Assembly: GCA_951406725.2 (NCBI GenBank)
Contig: OX597839.1
Location: 40,920,001 to 40,984,000, forward strand
Length of the DNA: 64,000 nt
Direction of reading: 5' to 3'
Origin: Octopus vulgaris
Taxonomy: Eukaryota
The notes beneath the pieces were generated by a model. That model had not been told where the DNA came from. It did no database searches and saw nothing but the letters and a program-made list of their open reading frames with translations. The position numbers were made by a program, and so were the translations under genes. Positions 30,499-44,930 of the stretch are shown one piece after another (the stretch's first letter is position 1; each line of letters begins with the position of its first letter).

Positions 30499-31060
30499 GT
30501 TTCGAAAAAACCAGATATTTTGATGTGGTGTGAAAGAAAGAAAGTTGTAAATATAGTCGAGCTAACGGTTCCTCACGAAGATAATATGGACACCGCTCGA
30601 GCTCGAAAATTAAACCGTTATGAAAACCTCCTCGAGGAATGTGAAGACGCAGGCTGGAAAGCGGAACATTTTCCTATCGAAGTCGGATGTAGAGGGTTTG
30701 TAGGACACAGCGTGAGACGACTGTTGTTATCGTTAGGCCTAACTCATCGTGAAGTCAATACCACCATGACTGATATCCAATCTACAGTGGAGAAGGCTAG
30801 CCACTGGATTTGGGTAAAAAGAGACGATGAGCGATGGCTAGAAGTATATTGAGTTCTTCATAACCAGCTGATCTAGCAAGCGGGGCCTCATATCAGTGAG
30901 GGGGAGGGCCGGTGCACATTGATGCCGTCGAGAGGTAGGCCCCGAAACGGCGCGCATTCTCTCCTGATGACCCCATACACTTGCTAGCTTCCGATATACG
31001 GAGCTTTTAACTGGTAGCACTTGCATGTGCAAGTTGTTTGCAAGACATTTTATTTTAATT
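30499..31060 (+). mobile_element. 5'-truncated HERO-like non-LTR retrotransposon (restriction-like endonuclease C-terminus and 3' UTR)
   Basis: KPDILMW..VELTVPHED..RKLNRYENL..GW..PIEVGCRGF..ASHWIWVKR is a PD-(D/E)xK-type RLE in HERO style; stop at 30852. Confidence 0.85.
30873..30987 (+). ncRNA. Putative non-circularly permuted hammerhead ribozyme in the LINE 3' UTR
   Basis: GCCGTC (30924-29), GAGAG, GAAACGGC (30944-51), CTCTC, CTGATGA (30964-70); stems I and III are perfect; enclosed by CTAGCAAG/CTTGCTAG. Confidence 0.75.
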
Positions 31061-31382
31061 TAAACAAAAACAAAAGAGAAATAACTCCAAGCAGCCAGTG
31101 ACGTGTATTTGAATAACATAGATAAATGCAGGTATATCAAATGCCGTATAACAGAAAATCTTGGGTTATTAAAATTATCTCCAAAGTTGACGTGCTATCA
31201 AGGTAATCGGATTTATTTATTGCGGTGTCTGTCTTCGTATTTTTGGTGAAATTCTTTGAAATTCTTCGACGAAGAAACGGGGGAGAAACTTCTTAAACGA
31301 ATAAGCAACAAAAAGTCCTCTGCTCCTTGTTTTCCCAACATCTTTCTTCCTCCTCCTTCCCCCTCTCTTTCTATCTATCTCT

Positions 31383-31654
31383 CTCTCTTTGTAAGTGTCT
31401 CTCTCACTCTCTCTCTCTCTCTTTGTAAGTGTCTCTCTCACTCTCTCTCTCTCTCTCTTTGTAAGTGTCTCTCTCACTCTCTCTCTCTCTCTCTTTGTAA
31501 GTGTCTCTCTCACTCTCTCTCTCTCTCTTTGTAAGTGTCTCTCTCACTCTCTCTCTCTCTCTTTGTAAGTGTCTCTCTCACTCTCTCTCTCTCTCTCTTT
31601 GTAAGTGTCTCTCTCACTCTCTCTCTCTCTCTTTTGTAAGTGTCTCTCTCACTC

Positions 31655-31660
<6 letters not shown>
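31383..31660. repeat. Minisatellite of about 8 x 32-36 bp (TTTGTAAGTGTCTCTCTCA(CT)n)
   Basis: Direct repeats visible in the sequence. Confidence 0.85.
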
Positions 31661-31685
<25 letters not shown>

Positions 31686-31923
31686 TTCTCCCTTCTCTCT
31701 CTCTCTTTCTCTCTCTCTCTCAAGCTATCACAATTCCTCTTCGTCGTGTACTTTTCCTTCTTTCTTCTCTCTCTCTCTCTTCCTCTGTGTGTATATGTAT
31801 ATACATACATACATGCATATGTGTGTGTGTGTATGTGTATACACATATACGTATATATTTATTTATCTCCATCTCTTAGAGACTTCCTCAGTGTCCTTCC
31901 CCCTACAGTCTTCCCGCTCTCTT

Positions 31924-31959
<36 letters not shown>

Positions 31960-32566
31960 ACATCATCATCATCATCATCACCATTAAAACCATCACCACC
32001 ATGAACGCCGACACAGCATCCGTCACCACTACCATTACCACCGCCACCAACAACAACATCACCGCCGCCACCATCACTAATATCACCATCACCATCGTTC
32101 GCCCCACAAGCACCATCATCATCACCATTAAAACAATCACCATCTCCACCACCACCTTCATCACCATCACCACCACCATTATTATCACCATCACCATCGT
32201 TCACCCCACAAGCACCATCATCATCACCATTAAAACAATCATCACAACCACCACCATCAACACCAACACCACAACTCGGTTGCCGACTTCTGTCCGTTAA
32301 ACGCTTCCCAGAATTCCCTTCTGCTGACAGGAAACACACCGTCGGCGCTGACACTCAGCAAATATTCGATCAGACAGATCTGTCAAGATTTTCAACAGAT
32401 CAATAATTCTGGAATTCACCCGAGACGACTGACAGAGCGCCCATCACATCCATTCACCGAATCCGCCCCCTCAGCAGACACACAGACAGATTCACAACTA
32501 TACATACACACACACACACTCAGACATACATACATACATACATACATACATACATACATACATACA

Positions 32567-32598
<32 letters not shown>

Positions 32599-32718
32599 CA
32601 TGCATACAGAGATACAAGCATGAACACACACCTACATACATACGCACATCGATCCGTATATATGTATATGCATACACATACATATATGTGTGTGTATGTA
32701 TGTCTGTGCATATATTTA

Positions 32719-32828
<110 letters not shown>

Positions 32829-32839
32829 TATATGCATGT

Positions 32840-32938
32840 GTCTCCCTCGGTTTCGACGACGAATAATCATTCGTTGTTCAATCAATTGAACTCCCTACTC
32901 ATCACTTTAACCCGGGCAACGCCGGGTATATCTACTAG
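32840..32938 (+). mobile_element. Helitron 3' terminus
   Basis: Hairpin ACCCGG-GCAACG-CCGGGT followed by CTAG|T (32935-32939); 5' end not identified. Confidence 0.7.
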
Positions 32939-32950
32939 TGTGTGTGTGTG

Positions 32951-33002
<52 letters not shown>

Positions 33003-33222
33003 TAAGAGAGTGTTCACTATATTGATCACTCTAGCACCAGTTAATCCAAGAGGTTTCAACCACGAAAAATACATGTTTCCCATGAAAGCCGGTACGACTG
33101 TTAGCTCACACGGACAGGGCAAATAAAAAATAACAAAAATACAGATTATCTTGGGACAATTGTTTCGCTATTAATGAATTAAATGTAATTTATTAATTAA
33201 TTATATATATATATATATATAT

Positions 33223-33672
33223 AGTTAATCTAAACATGAAAACAGAAAGAGAAAACACAACAACGCGAGGACGTGGAACAAATATAGTATTATTGGACAC
33301 TCAGGAAGGAAGGAAGGGAAGAAGGAGGGTTCAACGTTTCAAACGGAGCTCTTCGTCGGAAACATAGGAAAAGGAAAGATCCAGAGAAGGGAAGACGGAG
33401 GAAAAAAATCGCCAACGGTACACACGCGGTCACATTTTGAAATGTATATATATATACATATATATATACTGTATTTAAAGCAACAGAAAATTCAACAAAA
33501 CCTGTTACTCTGAGTTTCAGCTAGCAAAAACTGTCCGATGAACGGCAACGGGAAACTCAGAGTAACAGGTTTTGTTGAATTTTCTGCTGCTTTAAATAAA
33601 GCATATTACTCTACCACTGGTATTTGAGTACTCTTTTTTCCACCTTGTTTCACATTTATGTGTTTACTCCGG
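33223..33672. mobile_element. Two (TA)n-embedded Penelope-like cassettes with minimal hammerheads (33329-33363 minus; 33526-33573 plus, inside a palindrome)
   Basis: CCGACGAA-GAGC/GTTT-GAAACGTT and CTGT-CCGATGAA-CG(GCAA)CG-GGAAACTCAGAGTA-ACAG; inverted arms 33472-33518 and 33552-33598. Confidence 0.65.
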
Positions 33673-33675
33673 TAC

Positions 33676-33800
<125 letters not shown>

Positions 33801-34287
33801 TTTGCATATCTGTATATACATAAATATGCGTACATATAGCTACATGCATATACACATACGCATACATACACACGCGCATGCAGTCATAAGTAAATTCATA
33901 CATACACTTAGCGTTCTCTTGTCGACGCTTTTCATTTCCTACATACAATAGATTTTAGCAATAAAAGTCATATTTTTGTTATTCATTCGTAAATGGCTGC
34001 ATTTTCATATTAATTTATGTATCTATTAATTAATTTATTTATTTAGACGTCCGTCGCCTCTCATTTGCATATTTTTTTATTCATCCACAAATTGTGGCAT
34101 ATGGGAAAAAATATAATGTAATAGTTATATGTATGGTTGGGTGATTAAGACGTTCGCTTTACAACCATGTCGTTTCGGGTTCAATCCCATTGCACGAAAG
34201 CTTTGTCAAATGTCATCTACTGTAGCTCCAGACTGATCAATGTCTGATGAGTAAATTTGGGAGATGGAAACTGTACGAAAGCCCGTC

Positions 34288-34342
<55 letters not shown>

Positions 34343-34345
<3 letters not shown>

Positions 34346-34540
34346 CGGGAAGGTTTACGAAAATAAACAAAAGACGAAGGCAGGTGGAGTACAAACAAAC
34401 AATGTATTAGTATGGCGCTCAGGAATAGAAATAAAACAAGTCTTTTACGTTTCGAGCCTACGCTCTTCGACAGAAAGATACACAGAAAAATAAACAAGGA
34501 GAGAAAAATTGCGTGTAGGGGCTAACGATCCAACATGGCG
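34343..34540 (-). mobile_element. (TA)n-embedded Penelope-like cassette with a minimal hammerhead at 34440-34479
   Basis: Minus strand TCTTT-CTGTCGAA-GAGC(GTAG)GCTC-GAAACGTA-AAAGA. Confidence 0.65.
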
Positions 34541-34628
34541 TTCTCTCCCTCTATATATATATATATATAGTATACGATGGGCTTCTTTCAGCTTCCGTCT
34601 ACAAGGCTCATAGATAGATAGATAGATC

Positions 34629-34695
<67 letters not shown>

Positions 34696-34696
34696 C

Positions 34697-34773
<77 letters not shown>

Positions 34774-34782
34774 GTAGGTAGG

Positions 34783-34815
<33 letters not shown>

Positions 34816-34816
34816 T

Positions 34817-34884
<68 letters not shown>

Positions 34885-35219
34885 TACATACACACACGCA
34901 CATGCGCATGTATACACATTTACACACACATACGACATTCCTATGAACAAGCACGCTTCTGCCGTAGCTATTCCGTTTTTTACTCTTTTCTTTGAAGAAT
35001 CCAGGAACGCGTTATCTAATGCGTCATTTTCCTGTATTAAGAAGGCTGCAAGAAATTTGGCGTAGATTCGGCTGTTATTTCTGATAGGTCGAATAAGATC
35101 AGAAAGGTGATGACGTTGGCAAATCATGTGATAATGTACTGTGACGGTGTAGTAGCGTAACGGTGGAGCAAATGGAGCGGTCGAGCGGTCGAGCGTTGTG
35201 GCTTGGTGTGATGTTGTAG

Positions 35220-35598
35220 TGGAGGCGCAATGGCCCAGTGGTTAGAGCAGCGGACTCGCGGTCATAGGATCGCGGTTTCGATTCCCAGACCGGGCGTTGT
35301 GAGTGTTTATTGAGCGAAAACACCTAAAAGCTCCACGAGGCTCCGGCAGGGGGGGTGGCAAACCCTGCTGTACTCTTTCACCACAACTTTCTCTCACTCT
35401 TACTTCCTGTTTCTGTTGTACCTGTATTTCAAAGGGCCGGCCTTGTCACTCTCTGTCTCACGCTGAATATCCCCGAGGACTACGTTAATGGTGCACGTGT
35501 CTGTGGAGTGCTCAGCCACTTACACGTTAATTTCACGAGTAGGCTGTTCCGTTGATCGGATCAACCGGAATCCTCGTCGTCATAACCGACGGAGTGCT
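35220..35598 (+). mobile_element. OR-like SINE, full length
   Basis: Near-identical to 27524-27908. Confidence 0.85.
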
Positions 35599-36342
35599 AA
35601 TAGAAGAGATGTTGAAGTAAAGTAACACAATATGTCCAGGTGGTGGTTCGTAGTGGTACGGCGTAGAGGCTCGGTGTGGTGGTGCAGCCTCTTGGCTCTT
35701 TCGTGCAGAAATCAAAGGTCATGTTTCTGATTTTACATAACAGTCGAATACAACAGTGTGACGTCATGACAGGTCATGACACGTGATGGCGACGGTGTCG
35801 GTTGTGCCGGCGTGTCGACGCGGACAGAAGCGAGCGATACATCGGTGTCGGCGCGGGTGGGGTCCGTATCTAACACCTGTTTGCTCTTATCGCTAATAAC
35901 CGAAGTAGTTCAATACAAGAAGTTCGACCTCTTGCCAAAGATTTCAGATTGATCTTCGACAGGTAAACATCACTAATTTAGTTGGCACCTGTGTTTCAAC
36001 AGCCCCCGGGAACGTTAATTATCTTTAATAGCTATTAATTAGATTTTATAATTAACCTCTTCACAAATCTAAATTCAACTACGACTAACGAGTATATTAA
36101 TATAGCGTATATATATATGTCTGTATATGTGTATACGTCTGTGTATATATGTATGTATATACATGTGTGTGGGTGAGTGTGCGGATGTGGATGTATGAAT
36201 GGGTGTATTTATAGATGCATATATATATGTATGCGTGTGTGTATGTATATGAATATATATGTGGATGTGTGTGTATGTGTGTGTAAGTATTTATGCATGC
36301 ATGTGTGTACTTTTGTGTGTTTGAATGAATGCGTAAGTTTAT

Positions 36343-36392
<50 letters not shown>

Positions 36393-36531
36393 ATATATAT
36401 ATGGGGAGAAGTATGCACGTGCATATTTGTGTGATATGAATGTATATTTGCATGTGCATATATGTATGTGTGAGTATATGCGTGTATGTGCGTGTGTGTA
36501 TAACTATTACACAGATTTTTATATATCTGAC

Positions 36532-36649
<118 letters not shown>

Positions 36650-36859
36650 ATGTGCGTGTATATATATGTGTGTGGGGTGGGGTGACAGAACTTCGAAGTC
36701 CGATTCTCTTCTGCACCAAGTTTGGCAGTGGTTAACTCTAATGTTTTATCTTAACAATTCTTTGTTTTGCAACATTGAAGAGTTACATCATTACTTTTCG
36801 AAATGCAATTCACAGTGTCTCATTACATTGTGAGTTTTCTCTTGTAAATCAATTTTTGC

Positions 36860-37280
36860 GAACCCAAGGATAGATCAAAAATTTGTTTTGTCCATGAATA
36901 TTAGTTCCGTCGTGGAACCAATGCATCCCAGACAGCTCGAAACATCAATGAGGTGTTTGGTGAAGATGTGGCGAATGAGCACACTGTATGTCGATGGTTT
37001 GAGATGTTCCGGTCTAGTGACTTTACTCTTGAAAATCAGCCGTGGTAGACATGAGACTAAGGTGGGTAATGATGAACTGGAAGCTGTAGTGGAAGCGGGT
37101 ACATTTCAACCTACCATTGAGTTAGTAAGCAGCAAGGTTTGATGTTACGATTCCAACTGTATTGGACCATCTGGAACAAATCGGCAAGGTAAAGAAGCTG
37201 GACAAGTGGGTACCACACGAACTGAATGAAGCATCTTCTTGAAACTTGTTGTTCTTTACTGATACGGCATAAAGCAAACC
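36860..37280 (+). mobile_element. Mariner transposase N-terminal relic
   Basis: RRGTNASQTARNINEVFGEDVANEHTVCRWF..GKVKKLDKWVPHELN (WVPHEL motif). Confidence 0.85.
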
Positions 37281-37315
37281 ATGTGTGTGTGTGTGTGTGT
37301 GTGTATGTGTGTGTG

Positions 37316-37355
<40 letters not shown>

Positions 37356-37370
37356 ATGTGTATGTGTATG

Positions 37371-37415
<45 letters not shown>

Positions 37416-38647
37416 ATATATATATATACATAAAACCCTTTGAAGGATTTCAATCCCCTCTTTTATCATATATGTATGATATATACAGGCATTCATATAT
37501 ACAGATATATACATACATACAAACACGCACATACATAGATACATATATACATACGAATATACATACATACATATATACATACATATATACATACATACAT
37601 ACATACATACATACATACATACATACACACACATACATACATACATACATACATACATACATACATACATACATACATACACACATACATACACACATGC
37701 ATACACACATACATACACACATACATACATACATACATACATACATACATACATACATACATACACACACTCACATACATACATACATACATACAGACAG
37801 ACAGACATACATACATACACACATACACACATACATACATACATACATACACACACACATACATACACACATACATACATACATACACACATACATACAT
37901 ACATACATACACACGCACACGCGCACAAAGCTGTTGCTGCGAATAAAGTACCTTGACGACAGTCAGGCTGACGACAAAAACAACAGCAACAACAACAACA
38001 GCAACGTCAATGAAAGTACTTTGGAATTTTCTAGAAAAAAAAACTGATCTTGTTAAAGAAATGGAGAATGTCTTTTAAGCCACGCGGTTCCATCGTTCCA
38101 TCCATTAAATGTCTCTTCTTGCAGAGTTCGCAAAGGTCTCGTATTATACATACATGCGTGTGTGTGTGTGTGTGTGTGCGTGTGTGTGTGTGTTGCGTGT
38201 GTGCGTGTGTGTGCGTGTGTGTGTGTGTGTGTGTGTGAGGGAGGGAAGGAGAGAGCGTTGTCAACGTGGGAAGATAGAGCAACAACGATAAGTACATCTT
38301 CTACGACTGCCACTACTAATAATAGTAATGATAATAATAATAATGATGACGATGGCGATGATGGTGAGAAGGAGGAGAAAGATGATGATGAAGAAGAAGA
38401 TGAGGAGGAGGTGGAGGAGGAGGAGGAGAATGAAAATGTTGATGGTAAGAAGAAGATGAGGGGAGGGGGAGGAGGAGGGGGAAAATGAAGAAGAAAAAGA
38501 TGATGATGATGATGAAAATGTTGAGCATAAAAAGATGAGGAGGAGGAGGAGGGGAATGAAAATGTTGATGGTAAGTGAAGATGAGGAGCAGGAGGAAAAT
38601 GAAGAAGAAAAAGACGATGATGATGATGATGATGAAAATTTTGATCA

Positions 38648-38678
<31 letters not shown>

Positions 38679-39177
38679 AAGAGGAGGAGGAGGAAAAGAA
38701 GAAGAGGATGAGCGGAGGAGGAAGGTGGTGGTGATGGTGATGAGGACGAGGAGGAAAGTGAAGGGGATGAGGGTTGCTGGTGGGGACGTTTGAGGGAGTT
38801 CTGGTGGTGAACGCTGGTGATGATGATGATGATGATAGTGATGCTGGTGATCATAAGAACGACGGTAATGATGATGATGACGATGACGATGATGAAGAAG
38901 AGCAGGAAGAGGATTGGGATGCTGCATGGTGGAGGTGGTAATGCTGCTGTTGTTGGTTCTGCTGATGATGATGATGATGATAATGGTGATGGTGATAGTG
39001 GCGCTAAGAGTGCTACTGTTGTTGCTGCTGCTGTTGTTGTTGTTGTTGTTGTTGTTGCTCTATCTTCCTACATTGACAATGCTTCTTCTTCTTCCTTCCT
39101 TTTGCTGTTCTGGTTTCTGATCTTCTTCTTCTTCTTCTTCTTCTTCTTCTTCTTCTTCTTCTTCTTCTTCTTCTTCT

Positions 39178-39212
<35 letters not shown>

Positions 39213-39319
39213 AAACATACACACACACAGGCACACACACACACACGCGAATACGAAGTATGACAGTGCATTTTTTTGCTGAACGACCTGTACAGATGAT
39301 TCGCTTATAGTAATCAAAT

Positions 39320-39530
39320 ATCTGTGCTGTGCATTAGCTCACTGCCTCCATTAAATCGGCGTTGTCTGTAGAGGCGGGAAAGTATGCTACGGATCGGATG
39401 TCGAAACGATCGTAGAGCAAGGTTGAATGAAGTGTTTTGCTCGAGAACACAAAGACCTGCCCGATCCGGGAATCGAAACCACGGTCTAGCGACCGTGAGC
39501 GCAGCGCTCTGACCACCGGGCCACGCGCCT
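39320..39530 (-). mobile_element. Diverged tRNA/CORE-type SINE
   Basis: Minus strand GGCGCGTGGCCCGGTGGTCAGAGCG..GGTTTCGATTCC..TGTGTTCTCGAGCAAAACACTT. Confidence 0.7.
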
Positions 39531-39621
39531 ACATACATACATATGTGTGTGTGTATGTGTTTGTGTGTCTGTGTGTGTGCGTATACACATACATACTAGC
39601 ATACATACATACATATATATG

Positions 39622-39662
<41 letters not shown>

Positions 39663-39698
39663 ATATATACATATATGTATACATGCATATTTATATAT

Positions 39699-39770
<72 letters not shown>

Positions 39771-40465
39771 TTATATATATATATATGTATGTTTATATAT
39801 ATATATATATATATTATACTTTCAGTAGTTCGCAATGCATTAAATATACGCATAGGCATATATACCACAGACACACATACACATGCAAAAACAACACATC
39901 TATACATACATATGTGTGTGCTTATATATATATATATATATATATATACGCGCGCGTGCGCACGTCACATATGCACATCTCATACATCACACCTGAACAC
40001 CTAAACAGGTAAGAACAAACACCTTAATATCAGTGACGAAAAGAAAGCGGAAAAGGCAGAAAACAAATAATGAACATGGCCGCTATATTACCAGAAATCT
40101 CGTTAGACAAAATGGCTTCTCGTTATTCTCTGCTTTAGATCTGAAATAATTGGTTTTGCTGTTGGCAAACTAAAAATAGATAGTTTGAACAAACAACACC
40201 CATATAAACCCCATCTCCTAAATAAAATAAAAATATATATATATATATAAACACGTATAGGGAACAGATTATTTCGGAGATGATGGCTCCTGTAGTTGTT
40301 GGTGATGATGGTGATGTTGTTGTTATTTGATTTGGTTTCGGTTCAAAGTGTCATGTGACCTGTTTAGTCATGTGATAATAATATTTTGTTGATTTTTATC
40401 TTGTGTATTTGAGCGGTTTTATTTTTTGGCTTTTGTTTTGACTTCTATTATTATTGCTATGGCTG

Positions 40466-40521
<56 letters not shown>

Positions 40522-40658
40522 AAGAGGAGGGAAGAGTTGTGCTGAATATGTGCCAAGTTATCTTCATCAAATCTCGTTCGCTGCGAGATTATTTTATATA
40601 TGGATATATGGTGCATGAAAAATAATGTTTGTGTTTGTTCTTAGTTTGTTTCCTCTAT

Positions 40659-40693
<35 letters not shown>

Positions 40694-41018
40694 TCTATTT
40701 ATTTTTTCTTTGATAATTATTCCCCAAACCTCATGCTTAAGGTGAAGCGCGCTTTTACTCTAGTGAAAGAGAGAGATAGAGATAGATAGAGAGAGAGTGA
40801 GTGAGTGAGTAAGTGAGTGAGTGAGTGAGTGAGTGAGTGAGTGAGTGAGTGAGTGAGTGAGTGAGTGAGTGAGTTAGTGAGTGAGTGAGTGAGTGAGAAA
40901 AAGAGAGAAAGTGTGTGTGAATGTGCAAATGCGTGCATGCATGTGTGAGTATATGAGATTTGATGGTGATATTTGAATTCGTGAAGTGAGTAGGTGTGTG
41001 CGTATTTTTTCTCTGTAC

Positions 41019-41057
<39 letters not shown>

Positions 41058-41100
41058 TATACATATATATATGTATGTATGTATGTATATGTATACATAC

Positions 41101-41250
<150 letters not shown>

Positions 41251-41380
41251 TATGATTGCTTGTTTGTATGTTTCTGTTGATGTTGAGTGTGTATATTGTT
41301 GTTCTTGTTGCTTTACAATGTGTGTACGTATCTGTATGTGCGTGTGCTTTTTGTTGCGTGTCATCGTTTTAGTTTTGTGT

Positions 41381-41385
41381 ATATA

Positions 41386-41421
<36 letters not shown>

Positions 41422-41486
41422 TGTATGTATGTATGTATGTATGTGTGTGTATGTGTGTATGTATGTGTGTGTGTGTGTGTGTGTCT

Positions 41487-41531
<45 letters not shown>

Positions 41532-41689
41532 GTTGTACTCTTTTTCCTTTGAAAGTCCTGTCGTTCTAATTAAAATTTGAAGTACGGCACATGACTTTGC
41601 ACCAATCGGCAACCATGTTTGTATGTTCACGTGTGTGTGTTCAGATGTGTTTAATTGTTTATGTGTGTGCATATATTTGTGCGTGCGTA

Positions 41690-41761
<72 letters not shown>

Positions 41762-42075
41762 TATACTCATTACAGATAAAGAGTGAAATATAATTAATTT
41801 AATAAAATCAACAAATTTCACCTAGTAGCACTTCGGTATGGAAAAGGACCATATTCGGTAAAAATTTATATAATTATAACAATAAGGGTCTTTGCAACAA
41901 GTTGCTTGGCCACATACCGAAAATTTTAGAAATAGCAGCCAGAGGACTGCTATTTCCTTTTACTACAAAAATATGTCTCCACAGACAACAATATTTGTAA
42001 CAAATTTCTAAAATTTTCGGTATGTGGTCAAGCAACTTGTTGCAAAGACCCTTATTGTTATAATTATTGTTATTG

Positions 42076-42144
<69 letters not shown>

Positions 42145-43147
42145 GCATTTTCATGTATGTGTGTTTGTGTGTGTACGGGTAGGGGGAGCAAGTGTATTTA
42201 TCTCATTTGTGGGCACCTATTTTCACATGTTTCCAATCTATTCCCTCGTGCGCGTGAACGCATCTATTTAGGGCTCGAGATTGTCCAAAGACAGAAAGCG
42301 AAGACTGATGAGGGAACAATAAACAAGGTACATTACACACACACACACACACACAGAGATAATTACACGCACACATATACATACAGGATTATTCTAGAAG
42401 ATTGAACATATTTCATTTTGCAATATTTTAATAAAGAAAAGCAATAGAAAATTCCAGCTGAGTCACAAGTATTTACTCACAATCAACTTTTATTTCCTGT
42501 CTTCACAAGTATTACAGTGTGTGTGTGTGTGTGTGTGTGTAGATAGATAGAGAGAAAGAGAGATATAAATTGTTAGAGAGAGAGAGAGACAGACGGACGG
42601 ACAGACAGCTTCAAATATACAAAACTTTATACGTGTGTATATATATATGTATGTATATACGTACGTATGTATGTATGCATGTATGTATGCATGTATGTAT
42701 GTATGTATGTATGTATGTATGTATGTATGTATGTATGTATGTATGTATGCATGTATGTATGTATGTATACGTATGTATGTATGTATGTATGTACGTACGT
42801 ATGTATGTGTGTATGTATGTGTGTATGTATGTGTGTATGTATGTGTGTATGTATGTATACATGTTTGTATGTATGTATGTGTGTACGTACGTACGTACAT
42901 ATGTATGTATGTATGTATGAATGTACGTACGTATGTATGTATGTGTATGTATGTATATGTATGTATGTATGTACGTACGTACGTATGTTTCTATGTATGT
43001 ATGTATGTATGTTTGTATGTATGTATGTATGTATGTATGTACGTACGTATGTTTGTATGTATGTATGTATGTATGTATGTGTGCATGTATGTATGTATGT
43101 ATGTATGTATGTATGTATGTATGTATGTATGTGTGTGTATGTGTGTA

Positions 43148-43223
<76 letters not shown>

Positions 43224-43381
43224 GTTGTACTCTTTTTCCTTTGAAAGTCCTGTCGTTCTAATTAAAATTTGAAGTACGGCACATGACTTTGCACCAATCG
43301 GCAACCATGTTTGTATGTTCACGTGTGTGTGTTCAGATGTGTTTAATTGTTTATGTGTGTGCATATATTTGTGCGTGCGTA

Positions 43382-43458
<77 letters not shown>

Positions 43459-43766
43459 TCATTACAGATAAAGAGTGAAATATAATTAATTTAATAAAAT
43501 CAACAAATTTCACCTAGTAGCACTTCGGTATGGAAAAGGACCATATTCGGTAAAAATTTATATAATTATAACAATAAGGGTCTTTGCAACAAGTTGCTTG
43601 GCCACATACCGAAAATTTTAGAAATAGCAGCCAGAGGACTGCTATTTCCTTTACTACAAAAATATGTCTCCACAGACAACAATATTTGTAACAAATTTCT
43701 AAAATTTTCGGTATGTGGTCAAGCAACTTGTTGCAAAGACCCTTATTGTTATAATTATTGTTATTG

Positions 43767-43828
<62 letters not shown>

Positions 43829-44930
43829 TATATTTATGCATTTTCATGTATGTGTGTTTGTGTGTGTACGGGTAGGGGGAGCAAGTGTATTTATCTCATT
43901 TGTGGGCACCTATTTTCACATGTTTCCAATCTATTCCCTCGTGCGCGTGAACGCATCTATTTAGGGCTCGAGATTGTCCAAAGACAGAAAGCGAAGACTG
44001 ATGAGGGAACAATAAACAAGGTACATTACACACACACACACACACACAGAGATAATTACACGCACACATATACATACAGGATTATTCTAGAAGATTGAAC
44101 ATATTTCATTTTGCAATATTTTAATAAAGAAAAGCAATAGAAAATTCCAGCTGAGTCACAAGTATTTACTCACAATCAACTTTTATTTCCTGTCTTCACA
44201 AGTATTACAGTGTGTGTGTGTGTGTGTGTGTGTAGATAGATAGAGAGAAAGAGAGATATAAATTGTTAGAGAGAGAGAGAGACAGACGGACGGACAGACA
44301 GCTTCAAATATACAAAACTTTATACGTGTGTATATATATATGTATGTATATACGTACGTATGTATGTATGCATGTATGTATGCATGTATGTATGTATGTA
44401 TGTATGTATGTATGTATGTATGTATGTATGTATGTATGTATGTATGTATGTATGTATGTATGTATGTATGTATGTATGTATGTACGTACGTATGTATGTG
44501 TGTATGTATGTGTGTATGTATGTGTGTATGTATGTGTGTATGTATGTATACATGTTTGTATGTATGTATGTGTGTACGTACGTACGTACATATGTATGTA
44601 TGTATGTATGAATGTACGTACGTATGTATGTATGTGTATGTATGTATATGTATGTATGTATGTACGTACGTACGTATGTTTCTATGTATGTATGTATGTA
44701 TGTTTGTATGTATGTATGTATGTATGTATGTACGTACGTATGTTTGTATGTATGTATGTATGTATGTATGTGTGCATGTATGTATGTATGTATGTATGTA
44801 TGTACGTATGTATGTACGTATGTATGTATGTATATATTATGTATGTATGTATGTATGTATGTATGTATGTATGTATGTATGTATGTATGTATGTTTGTAC
44901 GTACGTATGTACGTATGTATTATGTATGTG
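41381..44930. repeat. Near-identical tandem duplication, period about 1692 bp, with breakpoints in (TATG)n
   Basis: Unique segments repeat (e.g. CGGTTGTACTC at 41530 and 43222); each unit contains a ~190-bp inverted-repeat cassette. Confidence 0.9.

Noticed and set aside
31960-32300. Thr/Ile-rich mucin-like ORF
   Set aside because: A degenerate (CAC/CAT)n trinucleotide tract with no exon boundaries.
35140-35742. Possible solo LTR (TG...CA)
   Set aside because: No consistent TSD or terminal inverted match.
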